Assembly (NCBI RefSeq): GCF_006345805.1
Contig: NC_043002.1
Coordinates: forward strand, 61,504,001 to 61,568,000
Direction of reading: 5' to 3'
DNA length: 64,000 nucleotides
From: Octopus sinensis
Lineage: Eukaryota
Numbering within the stretch: position 1 is the first letter of the stretch; every line of letters begins with the position of its first letter. Below, in pieces: positions 15,050 to 25,364 of the stretch. The translations under genes and the position numbers were made by a program. The notes below the pieces were generated by a model that was not told the DNA's origin, did no database searches, and saw only the letters and a program-made list of their open reading frames with translations.

Positions 15050-15250
15050 ATCCAAACAAGAAAACAAAAAGACAAAAACGCAAGGATGTGGAACAAATAA
15101 AGTATTATTGGACGCTCAGGAAAGAAGGGAAGAAGTAGGGTTTGACGTTTCGAGCGGAGCTCTTCGTCGGAAACATAGGAGAAGGAAAGATCCCGAGAAG
15201 GGAAGACAGAGAAAAAAAATCGCTAGTGATACAGACGAGGTCACGTACTA
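15050..15250 (-). mobile_element. Short Penelope-terminus-like repeat with a hammerhead-like motif
   Basis: Minus strand 15144-15170: CCGACGAAGAGCTCCGCTCGAAACGTC, flanked by complementary GTTT/AAAC. Confidence 0.5.
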
Positions 15251-15459
15251 AAATGCGGAAGTGGTGAAAGTAGATGAAAATGTTTTTTAAAAAACAGGAG
15301 AGCTATATCAAAGACGGAATGGTAAAGAAGGTGTGCGATGATGACAAGTGTGTGTGTGTGAGTGTGTGTGTGTATGGCGAACAACAGACTAGTAGCAGGC
15401 CAGTAGTAGAAAAGGAGTGGTGTGTGGGTACACTAGCAGGTCAAAATGGCAGGTCAAAA

Positions 15460-16110
15460 ACAGGGAGGTATGTGTGTGTGCGTGTATGTGTGCGTTTGTA
15501 TGTGTGTGTGTGTAAGCGTAAATGGATGTATATGCGTGTATCCGTGGGGTTGTGAGTTTTTTTCGCGCGTGTGCGTGCGTATGTGTGCGCATGTTTTGGT
15601 GTGCGTATGTATGTGTGTGTCTGTGCTTATATGTGTGTACGTATGTGTATGTGTGCGTGCACGTGTAGGTATATGTTGTGTGTATGTATATGTGTCTGTG
15701 TGTATGTAGATTAGTGTGTGTTTGTACGTGTGCATGTGTGTGTGCGTGTATTGTATATATATGTAAATGTGTATATGTGCGTGTGTGTGTACGTGCGTGG
15801 AAGTGAATGTATGTATGTATGTATGTATGTATGTGCGTGTGTGTACAAATGTAGGGGTTTATATGTGTGTTTATATGTTTATATGTGTGTATATATATGC
15901 ATGCAAGGACACACTTCACAACTGAAAGATTGATGGAAAAAAACTCTTCCGGTGCGGGCGCATGCGAATCCACAGGCACACACACACACGCACCGACGTA
16001 CGCCCGAACCAAAGCCAACCCCACAGGCATGCATGTATGTATGCATGTGTGCGCGCGTGTGCGCATGTATGTGCGCGCCTGTGCATGCGTGTGTGTATGT
16101 AGGTATGTGT
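15460..16110. repeat. Degenerate (GT)n/(GTAT)n/(GTGC)n low-complexity tract
   Basis: Direct reading. Confidence 0.9.
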
Positions 16111-16358
16111 GTGACGGATCAATACCCAGAAACTGCAGTCCGTGCGTATCACTTAGGTTGACGAGGGAAGAATGACCTCCCTTTGCAAATACCGATAGGG
16201 CACAGGAAGCGTGTCAATAGCCAGCTGGAGATGTTCTCCTGGGGCTACAAGCTACAGTAACATCCACCCTAAGTGGTTAGCCATATTTAGATGGCAAATA
16301 TACCGCACATATACGTATATATATACTTAGACACTAACACACACACACGCTCTCACAA

Positions 16359-16395
<37 letters not shown>

Positions 16396-16659
16396 ATATA
16401 ACTAAATTCAGTTGAATAAGCTACTTAAAGGTGATGCTCCTAGTTTCGGTTAGAATAAAATGGATTGACAACAATTTTTACATGAATACCACTCTTGGTG
16501 CCGAAGTAATGGCAGAAGGATATTTGGGTAATATATACAGTTAATTTACCCTGCTGAACTATTAAGACACGTACATTTAATTAAATATACAGTCAATAAT
16601 ATACTCTGGAGTACATGAAGGCAAGGTTCCGAGGGTGGGGAATTAAAAATAAATAAGTA

Positions 16660-16932
16660 ACAATCGATGGACAGGTGACAATTTATTACAGCCGCTTCTT
16701 ATGAGTTTTTTAATTGATCAATGAACATATAAAACCGCAGAATATGGCGCAAAAGCTAGAGTTGGAATCACTAAATATGTATGTGCCGTGTATTTTACTA
16801 TTTTTGTTTAATGTATAATTCAACTTTTCATCTGAAGAAAAGGGCTTTTTATAATAGGCCTATGTACTCATTTATCAGTTAAGAAATTCGTTAGATTCTG
16901 CTGTAAGGATTTGACACCTGTCCATCAATTGT
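16660..16932. mobile_element. 273-bp MITE with ~23-bp TIRs and TA flanks (Tc1/mariner-type)
   Basis: TA|ACAATCGATGGACAGGTGACAA ... TTGACACCTGTCCATCAATTGT|TA. Confidence 0.65.
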
Positions 16933-17015
16933 TAGTTTTGTGTGTGTGCATATATAATATACATCTGTATATATGTATATATGTGTATATTTATATATAT
17001 ATATATTCATGTATA

Positions 17016-17069
<54 letters not shown>

Positions 17070-17140
17070 ATATTATATATATATACATCTGTATATATGT
17101 ATATATGTGTATATTATATATATATATATATTCATGTATA

Positions 17141-17198
<58 letters not shown>

Positions 17199-17266
17199 CA
17201 TATATATACATGAATATATATATATAAATATACACATATATACATATATACAGATGTATATTATAT

Positions 17267-18631
17267 ATGCACACACACAAAACTAACAACATACCCCTCC
17301 TAAAAAAAGACCACAGAATGAACACAATCCTCCAAACACACACGATCATAAAAAGCAAAAGACAGCCTAGATCCATGAAAAGTCTCCTTACACAAGCCCG
17401 AATTCACTCTTCAACACAGAAGCCGACAGTAAAAAAATGTGGAAGACCCAATTGCGGGATATGCGACTATCTAATTGAGGGATCAGAGTTCTCCTTCAAA
17501 CAGGGACAACGGTTTACAGTGAAAAGCAACTTCACATGTGCTTTGGAGAACCTAATATACTCACTAACCTGCTCCGGGTGTCAAGAGCAGTACATAGGCG
17601 AAACAAAAAATGGGATGCGTAAACGAATGGCCCTGCACAGATCCCAGATAAAAATTCCCCAAAACAGAAAAATAGCTTTTAGCCAACACATAGATACTTG
17701 CGCCAACAAAAAAACACCAAACTTCAGAATTTTCCCCCTCTACCAATTTAGGGACGATACAACCTTGAGACAACGAATAAGTAAAGAAAATCTCTTTATT
17801 ACAAAATACAAGCCACTTCTTAACGGGTCTACGACAAACAATTAATATACCTCAACTTTAGAATAAAAGAAAAAAATATATATACACACACAAATATTAC
17901 ACTCCATAGAATCCATTACTAATCAGCCCCTTCATAGCTATACTTACACCCTTTCATATTCTCCCTTCTCTATTTTTTCTTCTTCTTCTTCATCATCATC
18001 ATTATCATCATCATCGTCGTCATCATCATCACCACCATCATCACCACCATCTTCTCCTCCTTCTTCTTCTTCTTCTTCATCATCATCATTATCATCATCA
18101 TCGTCGTCATAATCATCACCACCATCACCATCATCGTCATCTTCTCCTTCTCCTTCTTCTTCTTCTTCTTCTTCTTCTTCTTCTACTTCTCCACCCCTAC
18201 CCCTTAACTTTGTCACTAATGTTTTTTAGTATAACACCTACGCTAATTCTATAAACAAGCCTGTCAATATAAATATTCTCCTGAATTGAACTGAGACTGC
18301 CAGCCGCCACTGACCATTCAAAATACGACCATCAGGGCACTCCCAGATTCTCCCACCCCCCTTTCCTCACCAGCCTTCTTCCTCTACTACCCTACCAAGA
18401 ACTCACAACGACCTCCAACACTCAAGTGCAAACAAGGGAGTCAGAGAAAGGCAGAATGCCACTTAAATCTGAACACTACTATAGAAATATTCTTTTAAAA
18501 AAACTTTTCTTCTAATTTTTCTAAATTTAATTATTTAATCGTTACAGTTGAAAAGGTCTCAAAATGACCGAAACCGGTACTGAAATGTTCACTATAAAAT
18601 TATTTTAGCATTTACTATTTTTGACTTGTTT

Positions 18632-18635
<4 letters not shown>
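17267..18635 (+). mobile_element. 3' part of a Penelope-like retroelement: GIY-YIG endonuclease ORF (17267-17845) plus 3' terminal region
   Basis: [14 protein letters not shown]...CGRPNCGICDY...FTC..ENLIYSLTCSGCQEQYIGET...R...HRSQI: a GIY-YIG domain with the Cys pairs typical of PLEs. Bounded by (TA)n at both ends; hammerhead motif at 18545-18582. Confidence 0.85.
18545..18582 (+). ncRNA. Minimal type I hammerhead ribozyme (U3-A8 variant)
   Basis: CAG-TTGAAAA-GGTC(TCAAAAT)GACC-GAA-ACCGGT-A-CTG: stem I CAG/CTG, 4-bp stem II, palindromic stem III ACCGGT, predicted cleavage after A18579. Confidence 0.6.
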
Positions 18636-18665
<30 letters not shown>

Positions 18666-18689
18666 CGGGAAGCTTTATGAAAATAAACA

Positions 18690-18870
18690 AAAGACGAAGG
18701 CAGGTGGAATACAAACAAACAATTGTATTAGTATGGCGCTCAGGAATATAAATAAAACAAGTGTTTTACGTTTCGAGCCTATGCTCTTCAACAGAAAGAT
18801 ACTCAGAAAGGAAACACGGAAAGAAACAAGGAGAGAAACAAAAATGCGTGCAGAAGCTAGCGAATCAACA
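18690..18870 (-). mobile_element. Short Penelope-terminus-like repeat
   Basis: Minus strand 18764-18797: CTTTCTGTTGAAGAGCATAGGCTCGAAACGTAAAAC; between (TA) tracts. Confidence 0.45.
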
Positions 18871-19642
18871 TATATATATATATATACATACATACACGCA
18901 CATATATAATGAGGATAATGGGATATATTGCCCTGATAGGTACCGAATTTTCTCTGAAATCGGTTTCAGATGCTGGCTAACGAAAACGCTCATTATGTAG
19001 CACTCCAGCTAATGAGTTGTTAGTCACTAGTAACTTCTCCCGTTGAGTAATACTATGCGTGTTCGTCAAAACTGTATATGTTCCGTAGAGTACTTAATAA
19101 TATTCATGATAATAAGGAGTATAGAGATTTTTCACATCCAGAAATTTTATTTATCAATTACTGATTTATCAATTAGCTCCGGATCTACACAGGTTTCAAC
19201 TGCAGCGACTGCAGTTGAAACACGTGATCTTTAAATGATATACATTTAAACAATTTAAATATAAACACACCACACTGTATAATTTCTATTTATAGTAATA
19301 ATTGAGAAACGAAGGACGCCCCCACTCTCCAAAATAAGCCTAACATATTAGAATACCTTTACATTTATAATAGACCATATGCAATAAGTGGAACAATAGT
19401 CTATTAGAAATTGTCTAACTTTGTTAAGGAATAATATAAATAGAATGTTGAAGCGGGAATACTAACTAGAAATTTATAAACGTGGAACATCCCCATATTG
19501 GGTAATGTATTTTAAAATACTTACATGCAAACACAGATATAGGAATGTAGATTTATGATACATAAATTATTATTAGTACGACAAATATTAATAGATAAGT
19601 AGATACTTACTGAATAGATAAAGTATTGAAATAGCGAAGGTC

Positions 19643-20575
19643 TTAGTGCCTCGTTGTAACCTGGAGCGAATAGACCGTACGTCTGTTTACTGAAGTCTCT
19701 TTACAACATATTTGTTTCAGGTTGTCGCGAAATGATTTGCTTACCACAACATACAACATGAAGTTGAAAACGTTATTGATACAAGCCAGCACATCAAAGA
19801 ACAAGCAGATGGCAATATCTTTTTCATCGAGTAGGAATATTTTCAGGTAATTAATAGATGAAGGAAATGTGGTTAGGATAAAGAGTACGTTTATTGCAAT
19901 CACTGAATAAATAGTACTTTTTGACTTCTCTGAAATGTTTCGTTGCATATGTTGACCGAGGTCTGGTCGATGCAGTATTTTATACAACAAAAGGATAGAA
20001 CTTATTATCAAAATCATCCCTGGTACGAATGAATACATGATGTATACAGCACACAAAAAGTGCGTCTCATTATTTAAAAATACTGCTAGCGTTGTATACG
20101 TAACAGCAACACATACAAGAAGCAGAAGCAGTACTAGGTAAGGTTTATAACGTTGTGAAGAGTGAAATTGTGAAAATGGGCAAAATATTGCCAACAGACG
20201 TTCAAGAGATATGACAACGGTTATCCAGGAAGAATATATAAATAACGAATCAATGAATCCCGTGTATATTTCACTGCTAAAAATATCTGAAAGTGCCGTC
20301 TTAGGTTGAGAAGTAGTTGACAACCATATTGGCTTTGGTAAATATGTCGAAAGCGCAATGAAATCTACGAGTGCTAAACAATGAAGATATGGAACAACTT
20401 TTGTCTGACGCATTTGTTTCTTGAAAAATATTACGAAAATTGCTAAATTTCCGACAGATCCAAATATCAATGAAATTATTGAAACATACGGTATAATTCT
20501 AAGTAAATAAACATCTTTTTCATTTTCTGTCTGACTACTGTTGGTCAATACGCTCATCATTTCTGTTTTGTTCAT
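19643..20575 (-). CDS. Intronless class A 7TM receptor, copy A (310 aa), peptide-receptor-like/Srw-like orphan GPCR
   Basis: Seven hydrophobic segments; GSVGN (TM1), YLHCLALVD (TM2), SSWITVVISLERL (E/DRY variant), YSFVP (TM5), TTFP (TM6), NNVFNFMLY (NPxxY variant), helix 8 SKSFRDNLKQICC; N-terminal NKT/NSS sequons. Confidence 0.93.
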   Translation of the reverse strand: MNKTEMMSVLTNSSQTENEKDVYLLRIIPYVSIISLIFGSVGNLAIFVIFFKKQMRQTKVVPYLHCLALVDFIALSTYLPKPIWLSTTSQPKTALSDIFSSEIYTGFIDSLFIYSSWITVVISLERLLAIFCPFSQFHSSQRYKPYLVLLLLLVCVAVTYTTLAVFLNNETHFLCAVYIMYSFVPGMILIISSILLLYKILHRPDLGQHMQRNISEKSKSTIYSVIAINVLFILTTFPSSINYLKIFLLDEKDIAICLFFDVLACINNVFNFMLYVVVSKSFRDNLKQICCKETSVNRRTVYSLQVTTRH

Positions 20576-21249
20576 ATTTTCTTCTCATTCATCCACCGGT
20601 CAGCAATTGTGGACCACAAAAATAACTAAATGAATCCAATTTCTATTAAATTTTAAAAGATCCCATACGGTTTCACGCGTTGCTCTTTAATAACAATGTG
20701 ACACATCTAATTCGTGTCGAGCGATATCAGATAAATAAATAGATAAAATATGTAGGCAAGGAGATAGATTGGCATGTGCATATTTATATGCATGTGATTA
20801 CATGTGTACAGACATCGTTATAATGAATCCAGCTTCGTTGCTTTTGTAAAATGTACTACTACTTTTGTATTAATTACTGTATTTTAGATAACTGTGTCCT
20901 TCACGTTGTTGATGATGTGGCCATCGAAGACAATCACAATCAGGATCTTAATGATGATGATGACGATGGTGATTGCGAAGTCTATTGGGACAAAGATCAC
21001 TACTATGATGACGATGAAATTGTAAAGATGATTTCACTGGCCGGTTGACGTTGATGTTTTAACATTTTTAACAGCATGTACAACGATAGAAACTATGAAT
21101 CAATATGTCTTTCATTTTACAATACTACTTCCCAGAGGTTTGGACGCTGTTAAGTAACTGCAGTTGATCGGGTGTGGTCTTATTTTATGATTCTGCAAGT
21201 GTTAACAAAATATATTATTTGTTTAATGTACATGTTACACGGCTATTAA

Positions 21250-21750
21250 ATGAAACGACGTTCAAATATTATTACTGTCTCATACGACTTGTGAAACGAC
21301 CAAATGCATTGAACAGGTTCCCTTCGATCTTGTAAGTCATATTTTTTCCTTCGATCCTATAACACATAATTTACAACATGGTAGATATGAATGACTCCTA
21401 CTTTTGTGAGCATGGTTAATGGAATACCGCTCAACGATGCCCCAGTCATAGTAGTCAAAGTCGTTTAAATAGGAACATTGGAGGTGAAATGTTTGCGGTA
21501 ACTTGATGAGGAAAACTATCGCCCATCCACTTCAGATTTACGTAGATCGAGTGAAAATGACCAGATTCATAATAAAATACGTACGGCTTCTCAAAGGGTA
21601 ACTCTCTCAATGCAGGGCTTGAGAAACGACTTCATTGTCACGATGTAATGTACATGATCGATGCAACAATATTACTGGGGAAAAGTAAGGTGACACAGCA
21701 TGGAATTCATCGCTAACGTACGGCGATGAGTTCCTTCATTTTCAGTTGGA
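21250..21750 (-). mobile_element. Decayed Tc1/mariner-superfamily (DD37D/maT-like) transposase remnant, repeated in every unit
   Basis: In order on minus strand: ENEG..., FPQ, LKPCIERV, KPYVF, YLNDFDYYDWGIVER, NLFNAFGRFTSRM (cf. NEG..FP..VKPWI..V..RPYVFQQD..PDLNPLDY..WG..ER..ACxRFxxR). Copies at ~26030-26530, 31830-32315, 38830-39325, 49705-50535 (MITE-interrupted) and 57890-58325. Confidence 0.65.
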
Positions 21751-22199
21751 CCCGACCGCAGTCGTGTAAGTCTGAAAGCCGTGGTATACTAGCCAGACGG
21801 TGTAGGGCAGGCTTTCTTTAGGCCACCTTTTTTAGGCCACTCCCTTACTGGGGCGAGCAGTGCATTGCTAAATGTCTACTCAGTCGTCTGGGACGTTTTC
21901 TTATTCATCCGCTACACCGAGTTCGAAGATTAACAACCAAAGTCCCAAGCCGCCTACATCAGGAATGTGACTGTGACTTCCGATGGCTAATTCCACCTGT
22001 CACTTTTACCGTTGCCCCGTCACTGGAGGACTTCAGTGGAAAGTTGGGGCTGAAATACACAATGTGATATTCCCTACTGAGTGAGATCCAGCAGTTTTTA
22101 AACTTGGTCATTCCAAGTAGAGAATTTATATATAGTGTTGCCAAGACAAAGGATTTTTATTTAAAGTGACCTAAAAATAGGGATGGTATTAGAAGGGTC

Positions 22200-22560
22200 A
22201 AATCGAAAACAGGAAGAGGGGAATGAAGAAAGAAAAAAAAAGAAAGCGAAAAAAGAAGAGAAAGAAAAAATGAGAGAGGAAAAAAAGAGAAGGAGAAGAA
22301 AGTAAGATGAACCTAATAAAAAAATAACAAAATAAAAAATAAAAACAAAGAACTCTGAAAAGAGGAATGAAGGGAATAAAGAAAAAATAGAAAAGAAAAA
22401 TGAAGATATAGATCAGTCAGTGGTCAGTGGATACAATTTAAGAGTAAGAGTGGGAAGAGGAAGGGGTAAAGAGAGAAAGGTGTTCTAGCGTAAACAGATA
22501 GAAGGAATGACAAAAGTGTAGTTGTAGAGTCTAAGTGTAGAGGCAGAGATAGGGGATAGT
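22200..22560. repeat. Purine-rich (GA/A-rich) tract within the repeat unit
   Basis: Direct reading; copies at ~26980-27355, 32980-33360, 39760-40135 and 50810-51180. Confidence 0.85.
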
Positions 22561-22669
22561 AGTATGAAAACTTAAGGAATTTATATGTTTAGCAGTTCAG
22601 TGCTTCGTAATATAATTTTCACATATTGCATTTACACACACACACACACACATACACGCATACACACAT

Positions 22670-22701
<32 letters not shown>

Positions 22702-22982
22702 GTGTGTGTGTATATATATATACACACACATGTATATATATCTGTAAACGTAATATATGACAATTTTTCGATATCCATTTATAGAGATATTGTTTTATAG
22801 GTTTATTGTTCATAATTTTTACACATAATTTTTCTGTATTCTACCTTCTACCCTGCATTTTTCCCTGTGCGTATATAGACGTGTCTTACTCCCTGCTTTC
22901 TTTTACAAATTTTCATGTACTTTTGCCTTCAGTCTTGTTTTTTCTTGTACGTATGCGTCTATAGACGTGTGCATGAACTTTC

Positions 22983-23026
<44 letters not shown>

Positions 23027-24431
23027 TATATAGACGTGTGCGGGTATGTGCATATATAGACGTGCGTGCGTGAGTGCATACGGATATGTGCGTATATAGA
23101 CGTGTTTTACTCTTATGGTTTTTTCATACTTCTTTACACTTTTTTCTGTATTGTTGCCCCTAGCCCCGTTTTTGCTTGTGTTTGTGCGTATATAGACGTG
23201 TGTATGAACCGTTTTGGTTCGCGCGCGTGTGTGTGTGTGTTGAATTGTATATATATATGGTTTTGGGGGAACGGTGTGGGTGAGAATGTCTATGTTTGAA
23301 GTGGAGATGGATGAGTGTATACTTATAGGCGCATGTACGCGGGTGTACGGGCGCGCATGTGTAGGTATGGAGATGCGCTATTCACAAAAACTATGTACAT
23401 TTTACTTTTAATCCCTCCCCTCACTTAGCTGTCATTCAAATAGTTCTTTTGTCTTAATAACGATCATTCACACAATAATTTCCCATTGTTTAACGGTCGT
23501 TTTCATAGAATTTTTTCTAATGGCCGAATAACTAAATGGAGGGCGGTGTGAATTTCCACCCTGACATCCGAAACTCAGAGTTTATTATGGCTACCGAATA
23601 ATTGTCACATATCAAATTTACAGATAACTTCCTCTATTTACAAAATGTCGAGGTCTCTTCGTCTTAATATTTCTATCAATATTTATATATATAATGAGGA
23701 TAATGGGATATATTGCCCTGGTAGGAACCGAATTTCTCTGAAATCGGTTTCAGATGCTGGCTAACGAAAAGCCGCCTTATGTAGTACTCGAGCTAATGAG
23801 TTGTTAGACACTAGTAACTTCTCTCGTTGGGTAATTCTGTGCGTGCATGTTTTCCGTAGATTATTTAATAATATTAATAATGATAAGGAGAACAAAGATT
23901 TTTCACATCCAGAAACTTTATTTATCAATTCCTTAGAGTATATTCTGCGGATCTACACAGGTAAACCATGTGATTTTTGAAAGATATACATTTAAACAAT
24001 TTAGAGAAACATCGCACTGTGTATAATTATAATCATAGTAATAATTGAGAAACGAAAGCCCACCACACTATAAAATAAACCAAACACATTAGAATACCTT
24101 TACATTTATAATGTACCCTATGCAATAAGTGGAACAATAATCTATTAGAAATGGTCTAACTTTCTTAAGGAATATGTAAATAGAATGTTGAACAGGGAAT
24201 ACTAACTAGAAATTTATAAACATAGAGCATCACCATTTTGTGTAATGTATTTTAAAATACTTATATACAAACAGATATAGTTATATATTTTTATGCACAT
24301 GTAGATGAATATATGTATGTCTACATAAGCGGAATGTAGATTGATGATACATAAATTATTATCATTACGACAATTATAAATATATAAGTAGATACTTACG
24401 GAATTGATAAAGTATTGAAACAGTGAATGTC

Positions 24432-25364
24432 TTAGTGCCTCGTTGTAACCTGGAGCGAATACACATTACGTCTGTTTACTGAAGTATCTTTACAACATAT
24501 TTGTTTCAGGTTGTCGCGAAATGATTTGCTTACCACAACATACAACATGAAGTTGAAAGCATTATTGATACAAGCCAGCACATTAACAAACAAGAAGATG
24601 GCAATATCTTTTTCGTCGAGTAGGAATATTTTCAGGTAGATTATAGATGAAGGAAATGTGATAAGGAGAAAGAGTGCGTTTATTGCAATCACTGAATAAA
24701 TAGTACTTTTTGACTTCTCTGAAATGTTTCGTTGCATATGTTGACCGAGGTCTGGTCGATGCAGTATTTTATACAACAAAAGGATAGAACTTATTATCAA
24801 AATCATCCCTGGTACGAATGAATACATGATGTATACAGCACACAAAATGTACGTCTCATTATTTAAAAATACTGCTAGCGTTGTATACGTAACAGCAACA
24901 CATACAAGAAGCAGGAGCAGTACAATGTAAGGTTTATAACGTTGTGAAGAATGAAATTGTGAAAACGGGCAAAATATTGCCAACAGACGTTCAAGAGATA
25001 TGACAACGGTTATCCAGGAAGAATATATAAATAGAGAAGCGATTAAAGCCTTGTATATTTCACTGCTAAAAATATCTGAATGTGCCGTCTTAGGTTGAGA
25101 AGTAGTTGACAACCATATTGGTTTTGGTAAATATGTCGAAAGCGCAATGAAATCTACAAGAGATAAACAACGAAGATATGGAACAATTTTTGTCTGACGC
25201 ATTTGTTTCTTGAAAAATATTGCAAAAATTGCTAAATTTCCGACAGATCCAAATATCAATAATATTATTGAAATATACGGTATAGTTCTAAGTAAATAAA
25301 CATCTTTTTCATTTTCTGTCTGACTACTGTTGTTCAATACGCCCATCATTTCTGTTTTGTTCAT
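24432..25364 (-). CDS. Intronless class A 7TM receptor, copy B (310 aa)
   Basis: Same motifs as copy A; about 27/310 residues differ from A by manual count. Confidence 0.93.
   Translation of the reverse strand: MNKTEMMGVLNNSSQTENEKDVYLLRTIPYISIILLIFGSVGNLAIFAIFFKKQMRQTKIVPYLRCLSLVDFIALSTYLPKPIWLSTTSQPKTAHSDIFSSEIYKALIASLFIYSSWITVVISLERLLAIFCPFSQFHSSQRYKPYIVLLLLLVCVAVTYTTLAVFLNNETYILCAVYIMYSFVPGMILIISSILLLYKILHRPDLGQHMQRNISEKSKSTIYSVIAINALFLLITFPSSIIYLKIFLLDEKDIAIFLFVNVLACINNAFNFMLYVVVSKSFRDNLKQICCKDTSVNRRNVYSLQVTTRH

Noticed and set aside
17944-18216. Acidic poly-E/D/G ORF
   Set aside because: Minus-strand reading of a duplicated (TCT/TCA/CCA)n trinucleotide tract inside the PLE 3' region; low complexity, TTG/GTG-type start.
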